Shown here: positions 1-10,538 of the stretch, one piece after another
Layout: each line of letters begins with the position of its first letter
Position numbering within the stretch: position 1 is the stretch's first letter
Assembly: GCA_023957245.1 (NCBI GenBank)
Contig: JAMLHJ010000001.1
Coordinates: 145,273 to 209,272 of the forward strand
Source: Chitinophagales bacterium
GTDB lineage: Bacteria; Bacteroidota; Bacteroidia; Chitinophagales; JADIYW01
Length of the DNA: 64,000 bases
Direction: 5' to 3'
The notes under the pieces: generated by a model
Told to the model about the DNA's origin: nothing
Seen by the model: only the letters and a program-made list of their open reading frames with translations
Databases searched by the model: none
Program-made: the position numbers and the translations under genes

Positions 1-110
1 AGATAGGAATTGGGTCATTAGACTCATGAGAAAATACCCTCGAAAAATGATAGGCATTTAAAATATTGCTACAATAAATTGTACAAAATCAACAGTTAAT
101 GGAAAAATTC

Positions 111-1346
111 TTATCTATTATTTTTGTTTACTTCAAAGTTCTTAATTATAGTCCAAAATTCAGGAAAGATTAATTCAAAATTCTCTTTTCGATATTGATC
201 TCCTCTTCTCATTTCATCAAAAAAAGCTTGAAATGGAACATTTGATGAAATATCCAGAAAGTCATAGATATTTTGAATCGTTCGATTGTGTACCTTACGA
301 ATACTATTATTAATTACTATCGTCCTTAACTTCTGTTTTATAATCCGTTTGACTTCAATTGGAAGATTTTTAATTGAAAGCGCATAAGGACCATGTAAAA
401 AGTTAAAATATATATGCATTCCAGGAAAGTCACGCTCAAATCTTTCAATAATTTCTGGAATATAATAAATATTGAAAATACTGATTGTGCAACAAATTTT
501 AGATTCTATTTTGCTTTTATCTTGAAACCCCGAAATCTTTAGATAATTCAAAATATTTTCTCTCACTTTTTCCCAAACAGCACCTTTCCTTTGATAATCA
601 AACCTTTTGTCAATATCATCTAAACTAAAATTAAGCAGGACTTTCTTGAAAGATTGCAATATAGTAACCCATTGCTCATTATAAATCGTCCCATTGGTAT
701 TTATAAGTAATTGAATATTTTTGCTATATCCATTTTCAACACAATAGGTAAGTATTTCTAGCGTTTCTTGATTATACATCGGCTCACCACCAAATAGACC
801 TAATTCTATTATTTCGGGTAATACCTTACGAATATCATCAAGATTAGCATCAGTAAGATTATGATGAGTTTCTGCTTCTTGCCCTAAAGTATCTTGTGCT
901 TCTTTAATCCATTTACTACTATATGTAGCACTACAGATTCGACATTTCAGGTTGCAAATATTACTAATATATAAATCTAATCTTTTTAGATGTGGATTTT
1001 TAAGAATTTCTTTCTTAAGTAGATAATCAAAAGAATCCAATCTCATAGATAAAATACCACTACCTTCTTCTTCTAAACAAACCTGACAAGCAGGGTGAAT
1101 TTGTCCATTAAGAAATCGAGCCCTTAAATCTTGCATATCAGAAGAATAAAATGCATCTATCAATGAATCTTCTTCTGTAGTCAGTTCCCTTCCGTAATCT
1201 TTTAAATTATCAGTCCATTTACAACAAGGCTTGTACTTTCCATCAGCTGTTAACATCATATTGAAAAATGGATAGACACAAAGACGAGGATAATTTCTCT
1301 CCTTAATGATTTCTCTATTTAGAAATTTAGGAAGTTTCCACATCAT
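111..1346 (-). CDS. Radical SAM protein with N-terminal twitch/SPASM-like domain
   Basis: CNLKCRIC radical SAM motif. N-terminal C-x2-PF...DG...PCC and C-x2-C cluster. GGEP motif. Start overlaps the stop of the upstream gene (ATGA coupling). Confidence 0.85.
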   Translation of the reverse strand: MMWKLPKFLNREIIKERNYPRLCVYPFFNMMLTADGKYKPCCKWTDNLKDYGRELTTEEDSLIDAFYSSDMQDLRARFLNGQIHPACQVCLEEEGSGILSMRLDSFDYLLKKEILKNPHLKRLDLYISNICNLKCRICSATYSSKWIKEAQDTLGQEAETHHNLTDANLDDIRKVLPEIIELGLFGGEPMYNQETLEILTYCVENGYSKNIQLLINTNGTIYNEQWVTILQSFKKVLLNFSLDDIDKRFDYQRKGAVWEKVRENILNYLKISGFQDKSKIESKICCTISIFNIYYIPEIIERFERDFPGMHIYFNFLHGPYALSIKNLPIEVKRIIKQKLRTIVINNSIRKVHNRTIQNIYDFLDISSNVPFQAFFDEMRRGDQYRKENFELIFPEFWTIIKNFEVNKNNR

Positions 1347-2725
1347 GATACTATCTTTTTAGGCAACAATTGTTGTAAAATATCAGAAATGGGCATTGAA
1401 TATAAGTGAGATATGCTATATTGACCTTCATTTATATATAACTCTAATTGTTTAAGATAAGTTTCTTTTAATACAGACTTCCTACCTATTGTAAGATAAT
1501 TATCTTCATCAAAATATGCCATAAGTAATTGTTCCATAGCAGAATAGACTTCATCAAATGTATGTGTAGTTACAAATTCTATACGTCTATTCTCTTCCAA
1601 TCTAGCCTCTCTACTCCAAACTTTAACTTGGTTTTCAACAAAATTTTTAAAATGTAAAATATTCTTATGATGAATAGGGTTTGAAGACTCAAAATCAATA
1701 CTAGATAAATATAGATAGGCAGATTGTAACTCATCAGCAGACATTTTCCACATTGATTGCTCAAATGGATAAATCACTGTATTCAACCAAAGTTGAACTT
1801 CATTTTGGTTACAAAAATAAACCATTAAAGGTATTTCTTTCCAATTAGACCTCATCGGATTGGAAGATACTCCTAAATAAGTATGATGTGCTTTAGCATG
1901 ATTAGCTAATTGATTGAAGTTATTCATTAGCTTTTGAAAATTACCTCTTAGTCGAATTTTTTCGTAGGTTTCTTCAACTACTGAATCTATAGAAACAATT
2001 AAATGACATTTTAAATGGTTTAGAACTCTTTTTACTCTTTCATTATAGACATTTCCATTAGTGGTTATAGTGATTTGAATTTCAGGATTAATCTCAATCA
2101 TCTGCTCCCAAATATCAAAATAGATATCAATTAAGAAAGGTTCTCCTCCCAAAAATTTAGCTTCCTTTAAATGAGGAATAAATTCCTTTAACTGTCTGAC
2201 AAATTCGTAATCATAAGGAGTTGATAAAGGCGGCAATTGTTCTCTATTCTTCCGTATAGAAGATGACAATTCACCCTTACACATAATGCATTCAAGATTG
2301 CAAGTGTTGCTCAATTCAAATTCTATAATAGTAGGATAGTCGCTTAGAGGATAATCATTGTCATAAAGCTTGCTTAGGACGGTTTCAAAGTTGTGGTTAT
2401 TGATATTTTTAAGACAAGTACTACAATGCTTATTAAGCTCAAAATGTTGAATACCCCTCCTTATTGACTGTAATTTCTGGCTATTCCAAATTTCTCTAAT
2501 AGATTTTTCTGGATAGCTGTCTTGTTGATCCAATGTCAGCCAACATGGCGCAGCTTGTCCAGAGACATTAAAATATAAGCTATTAAATGGCGCATGACAG
2601 ATATACTGTTTGTTCTTAATGCTTCTTGACTTCTGATAATCTTTGAAATCATCTGGAACATTCATCTTATTAGATGAAAACTGAGAGCGTAATTTATTAA
2701 ACAAGGTCTTCAAGTTTATAAACAA
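1343..2725 (-). CDS. Radical SAM protein with N-terminal twitch/SPASM-like domain (paralog of 111-1346)
   Basis: CNLECIMC motif, N-terminal CHAPF...PCW...CSTC, GGEPF, and VSIDS/YEKIR core motifs. Confidence 0.85.
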   Translation of the reverse strand: MFINLKTLFNKLRSQFSSNKMNVPDDFKDYQKSRSIKNKQYICHAPFNSLYFNVSGQAAPCWLTLDQQDSYPEKSIREIWNSQKLQSIRRGIQHFELNKHCSTCLKNINNHNFETVLSKLYDNDYPLSDYPTIIEFELSNTCNLECIMCKGELSSSIRKNREQLPPLSTPYDYEFVRQLKEFIPHLKEAKFLGGEPFLIDIYFDIWEQMIEINPEIQITITTNGNVYNERVKRVLNHLKCHLIVSIDSVVEETYEKIRLRGNFQKLMNNFNQLANHAKAHHTYLGVSSNPMRSNWKEIPLMVYFCNQNEVQLWLNTVIYPFEQSMWKMSADELQSAYLYLSSIDFESSNPIHHKNILHFKNFVENQVKVWSREARLEENRRIEFVTTHTFDEVYSAMEQLLMAYFDEDNYLTIGRKSVLKETYLKQLELYINEGQYSISHLYSMPISDILQQLLPKKIVS

Positions 2726-2909
2726 TAAGGATTCTCAATTTATTCAAAAGCATATAAAATTACATGAAAAGCATTTAATGATTTTTTTATTATATTTAGG
2801 TCTTACTTTAAAAATCAACAATGACATATAAATATACAAAGACTTTTTTTAGAAAGAAAAAGATAGCTTGCTATAAATAGCCCCTTTACTATTAAAATTA
2901 ATTTTCTTA

Positions 2910-3464
2910 ATGAGCGAGAATTTACTTATCAGATTTTCAATAAGCATAATTGTTTACTTTGTTTTTAATTATCTTATTTCAAAAAATACAAATAAGGAAG
3001 AGAAGGAATTAAGTGAAGCCTCTCTACCGCTCTTATATAAGAGTAAATTGTCAAAATTATTCTCCCCTTTTTTTGATACACATCTATTTAAATACTATGC
3101 TAATTACCTTCATGCACTTGAAGACTTACAAGATAAAAGTGCTATAAATAAATATTGGGTTTCCCTACATCTGTACATTCCGCTATTGATTGTAGTTAAA
3201 ACCTATTCTTTTATATCAGCGTTCATTTTGAATGGTCGAGAAGCTTTATTTATCAATTTTACTAGCCTTATATTCATTGTGCTCACTTTTTATTTCAATA
3301 GAAAAATCCTTAAGCCTTTAAATATCTTTACTGTTGATAATAATGACAAAAACAATAAATACATACTACTATCTCCTTTTATCATTATTGTAGGCATCAA
3401 TGGATGGATTCTGCATACTTTTCTTTATTATATCTTCATAGATAAGCTTGAGAAAAAAGAATAG
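2910..3464 (+). CDS. Hypothetical membrane protein
   Basis: 184-aa ORF with about 4 hydrophobic segments filling an otherwise empty gap. No family motif recognised. Confidence 0.5.
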   Translation: MSENLLIRFSISIIVYFVFNYLISKNTNKEEKELSEASLPLLYKSKLSKLFSPFFDTHLFKYYANYLHALEDLQDKSAINKYWVSLHLYIPLLIVVKTYSFISAFILNGREALFINFTSLIFIVLTFYFNRKILKPLNIFTVDNNDKNNKYILLSPFIIIVGINGWILHTFLYYIFIDKLEKKE

Positions 3465-3614
3465 AAATATCCTACCTTTAATTGACATCAATAATTTGAC
3501 TACACTTATGTATTATTTTCAATAATGCAAATTGATAAAAAATTATGCAACAACTTTAAAATACTATATAAAAAGTAGTAATATAGCTATAGGCAACTCA
3601 ACTATAATTAAATA

Positions 3615-5225
3615 TTAATTTTCTTCAAATTCTACCGCTGGAATATATTCCTTTTGCGTCAAATCATAAGGTGTAGTATCTTTGGGATATACGGCATGCC
3701 ATTTCTTCTTCATCCCCATTTTTCTCAAAATAAAATAAGTAATATGAAACAAATAATATTTGGCATAAGCAAAAAAGTCTGGATTGTAAGAGATAATTCC
3801 ATTGAATAAATCTGCAGAAAAATTTATCATTCCTTTTATAGGATTAGGAATCCACATGACATGTTGAATTTTGAATCTTACCCTTATAAACTTGGGAAGT
3901 AATGGATAAAGTCTAAATAATACTTCATAGGCTTTATATTTTTCAACTATTTCTGGATTCTTAATATTTTCAGGATTTCTAAAAAAATAAAAATCCTCTC
4001 CCTCATTCAACCTTTCGGCTTCTTCTGGTGTCACTATTCCCTCATCTATACCTTGTTGCAACAACTCTGTTCCTGGTAAAAAACAAGTCCAAAATGTCTG
4101 AATTCTCTTAGGGCAATGGTTAGCGTATAAAATCCTAGCAATTTCTTGCGCTTCTATTGCCTCTCCTGGCAATCCAAACATGTGATCTACCTTAACATTT
4201 AATCCTGCATCCAACATCACCTTCAAGGAGTATTCTACTTGATCACTACGTTCATTTCTTCTTAAATTCTTTACTTTGAAGCCCTCATCCATTGTCTGAA
4301 TACCCATTTGTATCCATCTACATCCAGCATCTACAAGCCATTGAGCAATCTCTTCATCCATATATCTTGGATGAGTTAAACATTGAAAAGGCACTCCAAT
4401 TTCTTCTTTATACCTCACAAGAAATTCTTTTAACCATTTCTTGTTCACTGTAAAAATATCATCTTCAAAGTCTATCCATTTCAACTTTTCATATCGCTTC
4501 TTGGCATATTTCAACTCATCAAGCATGTGATCTATACTTCTGGAACGAACATATTTGCCTTTACTTTTTTTATCATCAGGCAATTCAGCAAAAAAATTAT
4601 TAAAACAAAAAGTACATCTATATGGACAACCTCTAGTCGCCATCGTCAAATACCTATATGGAATAAAAATATAAGGATCCCAAATCTCTTTAGTGAAAGG
4701 AGGTAGAGTTTCTAATGCTTGATAAAATGACAATTGTTTACCAGCTACTATATCTCCTTTTGGATTCTTAAATTTTGTATTGGGAATAGGTGTAAAATAA
4801 TCTTTATTCTCTATTGCTTCCAACAAAGGAATAAAACACACTTCGCCCTCTCCTACTACTACATAATCTACTTGAGGTCTGACTATAACTCTATCTGATA
4901 CCGCTGATGGGTGCACACCACCAAAGATAATTTTGACATCTGGATAAACTTCTTTAGTGCGCCTAGCCATTTCAAGCATCCATTGATAAGTAGCTGTCAA
5001 AGAAGAGAATACCAATACATCAGGTCGCTGTGCGATTATTTGCTCAAAAGTCTCCTCAGTATCATCAAAAAATTTATTAAGCCAAGGGATTTCCAAATTA
5101 AATCTATCATGGAATAAGGCAACATTATATGCCAAATTTACTTCGTGTCCAGCTCTCTTAGCCATATTTGCTAGCAAGCTAACAGCCAATTGTTCAGAAC
5201 CTAAAGCAACAAATGTAATCCTCAT
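3615..5225 (-). CDS. Cobalamin-binding (class B) radical SAM protein, copy A
   Basis: N-terminal B12-binding Rossmann-like domain (GGVHPS...VGEGE), RGCPYRCTFC, EDDIF and MGIQT motifs. Confidence 0.9.
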   Translation of the reverse strand: MRITFVALGSEQLAVSLLANMAKRAGHEVNLAYNVALFHDRFNLEIPWLNKFFDDTEETFEQIIAQRPDVLVFSSLTATYQWMLEMARRTKEVYPDVKIIFGGVHPSAVSDRVIVRPQVDYVVVGEGEVCFIPLLEAIENKDYFTPIPNTKFKNPKGDIVAGKQLSFYQALETLPPFTKEIWDPYIFIPYRYLTMATRGCPYRCTFCFNNFFAELPDDKKSKGKYVRSRSIDHMLDELKYAKKRYEKLKWIDFEDDIFTVNKKWLKEFLVRYKEEIGVPFQCLTHPRYMDEEIAQWLVDAGCRWIQMGIQTMDEGFKVKNLRRNERSDQVEYSLKVMLDAGLNVKVDHMFGLPGEAIEAQEIARILYANHCPKRIQTFWTCFLPGTELLQQGIDEGIVTPEEAERLNEGEDFYFFRNPENIKNPEIVEKYKAYEVLFRLYPLLPKFIRVRFKIQHVMWIPNPIKGMINFSADLFNGIISYNPDFFAYAKYYLFHITYFILRKMGMKKKWHAVYPKDTTPYDLTQKEYIPAVEFEEN

Positions 5226-5431
5226 TAAAAATCTATTATTAAGATTGGGTATAAATAGAGCTTTAAATATAGTACTTTATTAAAAAATAAAAACAAATCA
5301 GGCTCATTATCTATAGTTAAACAACAATAATACTTATGAATATAGCATACATTCTGACTTTAAAAAGTTTCATTGTATATATTAATAAATTCAAAAAAGA
5401 TATATGAATCTCTTATTTTTAATCTTTTGTT

Positions 5432-7051
5432 ATGTATATATTAGGTATTAATGGAGGTGTTCGACTAGGATACAGAGATGCATCAGCTGTATTACTCAAA
5501 GATGGAGAAATAGTTGCAGCTGTGGAAGAAGAAAGACTCAATAGAATCAAATCTTCACCTCACCAATTACCAGAGAAAGCTATTAGACAAGTTGTAGAAA
5601 TTGCTGGTATCCAAATAGAAGAAGTGGCTATTGTGGCTACTCATGGAAGCTCTTGGGGCGAACAATATGAATCTGTATTAAAGAATTTCTTTCATACAAA
5701 TTTTGATTTCATTCCAAATATCATGCGTTTTCATCATCATGATTGTCATGCTGCAGGAGCTTACTTTTCCTCAGGATATGATGAAGCATTGATTTTTACT
5801 TTTGACAACTCAGGTGATGGAATTGGTACACAAATAGCTATAGGAAAAGATAATTCTATTGAAGTCATTGAGCGGATAGAGCGACCTAATAGTTTGGGTA
5901 TGTTTTATGGAATGGCGACTCAATTTTGTGGGTTTGTGCGAGATAGTGATGAATTCAAGCTGATGGGTTTGGCTCCTTATGGACAAGCTACAATTGACTT
6001 ATCTGATGTTCTCAGAATTGATGAAACTGGGTTTCAATTAAATTTGGATTATCTCCAAAAAATAGAGCCTGGTCAACCTCAACCTAGTGTACAACAAGCA
6101 ATTTTCAGCGATAAATTCATTGAAAAGTATGGTAAAGGTCGAATTCCCAATCAAAAAATCTCTCAATTTTATAAGGATTTTGCAGCCTCAGCTCAACAAC
6201 AATTAGAATTGGCAATAGTCACTTTAATCAGAAAATATATTTCGAAAACAGGTATAAAGAAAATCTGTATTTCAGGAGGTGTAGGGCTGAATTGTGCTGC
6301 CAATAAAATTATTTTAGAGGTTCCTGAACTAGATGCATTATTTGTGCAACCAGCTTCAGGAGACGCAGGAATATCTCAAGGTGCAGTATATTTAGCTTCC
6401 TTAACTCAAGAGATAAAACCACTCAAAATCGACAATGTATATTGGGGAAAGTCATATACTGATGAAGATATTTTTTTAGCAATCAATCAATTGGGCTTAA
6501 AAGCTAAGAAAATTGAAAAACCTGCAAAACTGGCAGCTCAATTAATAGCTGAAGGTCAAGTGATTGGATGGTTTCAAGGTAGAATGGAATTTGGACCTCG
6601 TGCCTTGGGTAATAGAAGTATATTAGCCAATCCTCTGTTAGAAAATATTCAATCTCAAGTCAATCAAATAATTAAATTTAGAGAGGGTTTTAGGCCTTTT
6701 TGCCCTTCGTTATTAGAGGAAGATTTTGATTTGTACTTTGAAGGGAAACAAAAGATAGCTCCGTATATGACCATTAATTATTCTGCAAAGCCAGAAGTAA
6801 AGAGATTATTACCAGGAGTGATTCATATAAACAATACAGCCCGAATACAAACTGTAAATTCTTCTCAAAACCCGCTCTACTATGAACTGCTTCAAGAACT
6901 AAAGCGACTGACAGGTCATGGGATAGCATTGAACACTAGCTTTAATGTCAATCATCAACCCATTGTAGAAAATCCAGTACAAGCTATTTCTACTTTTTTT
7001 GGCTCAGGGCTTAATTCACTAATTATTGGAAATTATTGGATAACAAAATAA
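5432..7051 (+). CDS. Carbamoyltransferase (NodU/CmcH/TobZ family), copy A
   Basis: DASAVLLKDG...AAVEEERLNRIK, HHDCHA, KLMGLAPYG, WFQGRMEFGPRALGNRSILA, NTSFN. Confidence 0.92.
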   Translation: MYILGINGGVRLGYRDASAVLLKDGEIVAAVEEERLNRIKSSPHQLPEKAIRQVVEIAGIQIEEVAIVATHGSSWGEQYESVLKNFFHTNFDFIPNIMRFHHHDCHAAGAYFSSGYDEALIFTFDNSGDGIGTQIAIGKDNSIEVIERIERPNSLGMFYGMATQFCGFVRDSDEFKLMGLAPYGQATIDLSDVLRIDETGFQLNLDYLQKIEPGQPQPSVQQAIFSDKFIEKYGKGRIPNQKISQFYKDFAASAQQQLELAIVTLIRKYISKTGIKKICISGGVGLNCAANKIILEVPELDALFVQPASGDAGISQGAVYLASLTQEIKPLKIDNVYWGKSYTDEDIFLAINQLGLKAKKIEKPAKLAAQLIAEGQVIGWFQGRMEFGPRALGNRSILANPLLENIQSQVNQIIKFREGFRPFCPSLLEEDFDLYFEGKQKIAPYMTINYSAKPEVKRLLPGVIHINNTARIQTVNSSQNPLYYELLQELKRLTGHGIALNTSFNVNHQPIVENPVQAISTFFGSGLNSLIIGNYWITK

Positions 7052-7059
7052 CAATCACA

Positions 7060-8748
7060 TTACTCTACATTATAAATTAGTATCTTATCACTTTCAAAAA
7101 GAATAGGATACATGGATAAAGCGTTTTTATAATAAGACAATTCTCTTCCATCATTCATCAATGGGATATTATATTTATGAATAACTATCCTCTCTAAATG
7201 ATTTATTGAAATCAATGAGTCCAATTTTTCATTATTATTCATCTGAAAAATTAGTACTTGATTCTTTATTCTAGTATTAGGAATAAAAGCACAATCTCCG
7301 TTTAGCGAATTAGATTTATTCAATGTTTGAAGAAACATATATTGATGCTCAATAGCCATTTCTGTGTCTGAATCAGGAAGTTGTTTTGCGTTTGTAAAAA
7401 AAGGGATATAGAGTTGAGTATAGATAGAAGATGGCAAATTCAGCACAATTCTATTCTCTAATGAATAGGAATTAGATGTTTCAAAAAGCCGATTTATAGT
7501 TTTTTGAGATGGATAAATTCTCAGTTGAGACGGGAAATTTTCAATAATTGCAACAGTTATTAATAATATCACTACTTTTTTAAAACCCAATTCTTTTTCT
7601 ATTTTTTGCATGATATAGCACCATCCCACTATGATAACAAAAATGATAAAAATATATAGTCTGATTTTTATCCTAATCAATGAACCTAATCCCAAAAATT
7701 CATACAAAGGAAACATCGGTGCAAAATATCGTTGTTGTCCCAAATTTATAAATGAGCCAAGAGCTAATAATAAAATCAATAAAAACAACAACCAGAATTT
7801 CAAACCAACTTTTAAGCGATACAGTCCATACAATCCTATGATAGGAGTAATAATTCCAATACCAGCAGCATGAGTTTTTTCATTCCAATAATCTTTGGCA
7901 TACAATAATTTATTGCCTAAAAAAGTATTGGCTTGATAAACTATAAAATCTATCAACCGAAGCCCAGTATCATTGGCTCCTGTAATATTTAAAAAATTAA
8001 AACTTTGAGAATTATCATTCTTAATAAATAGAAAATAAAAAATTGGACTAATTAGGAATACCACTATAAAAAATGAAACAATAGTATTTATAAGAACTTT
8101 CTTATTCAATTTGTAATTTTCAAATAGTTCAAAAAGTAAATAATAAGCCCAAATTAGTCCTGTCAAAAAAAACATATAGCTTGAGAAATACAACTGCAAT
8201 GCTAAAAACAAAGCTCCTTTATAAATTAATCTGTAATCACCTTGGTCAAAATATCTCTTCAAGTAACTCAAAGAGAAAAGCCCAAAAGCCCAAAAAAGCC
8301 CATCTAAATTATCAATATTGGCTTGCAAATAATTGCTACATGCAAATAATAATCCACCAATAAATGCCCACTTTACTTGAAGTCTGAATATTTTAGTTAA
8401 ACAATAAAACCCAAAAGCATTGAGTGAAAAAACTAATGAACAAATCACCCAATATATCCATACTGGTGGTAGATTCATTGCTCTTAGAGGAATATATACC
8501 AATGAAAAACCTACTGAAAGATTGCCTTGAGAAAGAAAACTCTTTGAAGGATAAAGTATTGTGCCTATTCCATCAAATGAAAACCCGTTAGCTATGAAAT
8601 TATATAGATACTCATTTGTTGCTAAATAAAACCAATTGTCAATTTTACCAGGAAGCGAACCTTGAATGGGTAATTGTATAAAATAGATTCCTATAATTAA
8701 ACAATATAAAAGAAATACTGCTTTCGAATTTTCAAAACTAAATTTCAT
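7060..8748 (-). CDS. Polytopic membrane protein, GT-C/YfhO-like putative glycosyltransferase
   Basis: More than 10 hydrophobic segments, an acidic/aromatic motif (IDNWFY) after TM1, and a soluble C-terminal domain. Family is inferred. Confidence 0.5.
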   Translation of the reverse strand: MKFSFENSKAVFLLYCLIIGIYFIQLPIQGSLPGKIDNWFYLATNEYLYNFIANGFSFDGIGTILYPSKSFLSQGNLSVGFSLVYIPLRAMNLPPVWIYWVICSLVFSLNAFGFYCLTKIFRLQVKWAFIGGLLFACSNYLQANIDNLDGLFWAFGLFSLSYLKRYFDQGDYRLIYKGALFLALQLYFSSYMFFLTGLIWAYYLLFELFENYKLNKKVLINTIVSFFIVVFLISPIFYFLFIKNDNSQSFNFLNITGANDTGLRLIDFIVYQANTFLGNKLLYAKDYWNEKTHAAGIGIITPIIGLYGLYRLKVGLKFWLLFLLILLLALGSFINLGQQRYFAPMFPLYEFLGLGSLIRIKIRLYIFIIFVIIVGWCYIMQKIEKELGFKKVVILLITVAIIENFPSQLRIYPSQKTINRLFETSNSYSLENRIVLNLPSSIYTQLYIPFFTNAKQLPDSDTEMAIEHQYMFLQTLNKSNSLNGDCAFIPNTRIKNQVLIFQMNNNEKLDSLISINHLERIVIHKYNIPLMNDGRELSYYKNALSMYPILFESDKILIYNVE

Positions 8749-8749
8749 A

Positions 8750-9856
8750 TTACCTATTTTGGAAACTGTCGAAAACGCTCAAAATATATTGAATGTCTTC
8801 ATGCGAAAGATTAGCATGCAAAGGGATACACAATACTCGCCCACTGATAGATTCAGAAATAGGCATTGGCTGATAGTCAAATCCTAATTCAAAAACAGTA
8901 TTAAGTGATGGTTCAAAATACCTTTTGGATTGTATTTGATTTTTCAATAAAAAAACTTCCAATTGATTCCTTTCCTGCTCATCCTTGCAGATCAACGGGA
9001 AATAACTATAATTACTCTCTATTCCTTCTCTATATTTTGGAAAACACCAATTGTACTTTGTGAAAAAATCTACATATTGATAATATATTTCCTTTCTTCG
9101 ACTTCTATCTCTCTCCCAAGACTCAAGATTACATAATCCAAAAGCGGCATGAATCTCACTATTCTTCCCATTAAGACCAACATTATAGGGAGTCATCTGT
9201 ACATCCAAACCAAAATATCTCATGTTAAATAAATCTTCATACAACTGTGAATGATGAGTCAATAAAGCTCCACCTTCAACTGTATTTAATACTTTATAAG
9301 CTTGAAAACTCAATGCTGACACATCTCCATAATTGAAAATAGACGCTTCTTTATATTGAATACCAAAACTATGTGCCGCATCATAAATAATTGGAACACT
9401 ATATTTAGTAGAAAGATATTCCAATGCTTCTACATCACATATATTTCCCAAAAGATGAGTAGCTACAATCGCCTCATACCTATCCCCTTTCATTAACACA
9501 TCTTCTACTCGATTGGGGTCGATAGATAAAGTCAAAGTTTCAATATCTGCAAAAATAGGTTGACAATCATTCCATAAAATCGATTGAAGTGTCGAAATAA
9601 ATGAAAAGGGTGTAGTTAAAATTTTACCCTTTGATTTCAACCCATGTATTGCCATCATCAAAGCTGTATGGCCACTATTAACAAATAAAGCAAATCGAAC
9701 CCCTAAGACTTCTTTCAACTTCTGTTCAAAATCCTTCACTAAAGGACCATTATTAGTAACAATTGAATTTTGATATATTTGATCTATATAATGGAGTAAT
9801 CTCTCCTTGGGAGGAAGTGATGTATGAGCTACCAGTATAAATTCTCTATCTTTCAC
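8750..9856 (-). CDS. DegT/DnrJ/EryC1/StrS sugar aminotransferase (VioA-like)
   Basis: TNNGPLV, TPFSF, YDAAHSFG, SFQAYKVLNTVEGG (PLP lysine), GLNGKNSE. GTG start. Confidence 0.88.
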   Translation of the reverse strand: MKDREFILVAHTSLPPKERLLHYIDQIYQNSIVTNNGPLVKDFEQKLKEVLGVRFALFVNSGHTALMMAIHGLKSKGKILTTPFSFISTLQSILWNDCQPIFADIETLTLSIDPNRVEDVLMKGDRYEAIVATHLLGNICDVEALEYLSTKYSVPIIYDAAHSFGIQYKEASIFNYGDVSALSFQAYKVLNTVEGGALLTHHSQLYEDLFNMRYFGLDVQMTPYNVGLNGKNSEIHAAFGLCNLESWERDRSRRKEIYYQYVDFFTKYNWCFPKYREGIESNYSYFPLICKDEQERNQLEVFLLKNQIQSKRYFEPSLNTVFELGFDYQPMPISESISGRVLCIPLHANLSHEDIQYILSVFDSFQNR

Positions 9857-10538
9857 TTGGAGATACTTTATGAAAAAATCTTACTTGGACAATCGTAAAA
9901 ATAACCTTAATTAATTCAAAAAAAGAAAGTTTACTTTCTCCAACTCGAGTATAATAATCTATATCTACTTCTTTTATCGAGTATTTGTTTCTATATGCTA
10001 TACCCAATAAATCAAATTCTACATCAATACCATAGACTTGTATCTTATTTACAAATTTGTTGACCTCTAAAACTCTAAAGCCTGATGCTGGATCTTGAAG
10101 CTGCTTTGAGAATAAAATATTTAAAACGATAGTAATAAGAAAATTCAAAACTCTTGACTTCAAAGTCATATTTCTTCTACTTCTATTGCCTACCACCATA
10201 TCAAATTGATGTCTAAATACAAGTAAATCTTTAATCTGACTAGTTGGATAAGTCATATCACAATCCATATAAACGATATACTTATAGCCATTTTTACTTG
10301 CATATTTTAATGCCAAATCTAATCCAAAACCTTTACCTTTCCCTGGTCTGTGTATAATTGGGATTTGAAACTTTCTTGCTATCTCAATACTACCATCAGT
10401 AGAACCTCCATCTGTTATTACTAAAGAATATCCCTGCTCAATTATAGATAAAATCATAGCCTCTATTGCTTCAGATTCATTGAAAACAGGCAATACAACT
10501 ATAAAATCATCTTGATTTAGAATATTATTGGATTCCAT
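9846..10538 (-). CDS. GT2 polyprenol-phosphate glycosyltransferase (DPM1-like)
   Basis: LPVFNE, DGGSTDGS, GKGFG, DCDMTY, DPASGFR, RVGESKL. Start moved to ATG 10538 (MESNN) from the track's 10565. Confidence 0.85.
   Translation of the reverse strand: MESNNILNQDDFIVVLPVFNESEAIEAMILSIIEQGYSLVITDGGSTDGSIEIARKFQIPIIHRPGKGKGFGLDLALKYASKNGYKYIVYMDCDMTYPTSQIKDLLVFRHQFDMVVGNRSRRNMTLKSRVLNFLITIVLNILFSKQLQDPASGFRVLEVNKFVNKIQVYGIDVEFDLLGIAYRNKYSIKEVDIDYYTRVGESKLSFFELIKVIFTIVQVRFFHKVSPSER

Noticed and set aside
1-110. Possible start of a further downstream gene at the left edge
   Set aside because: No convincing open frame or motif in 110 bp, so it cannot be called from this window.
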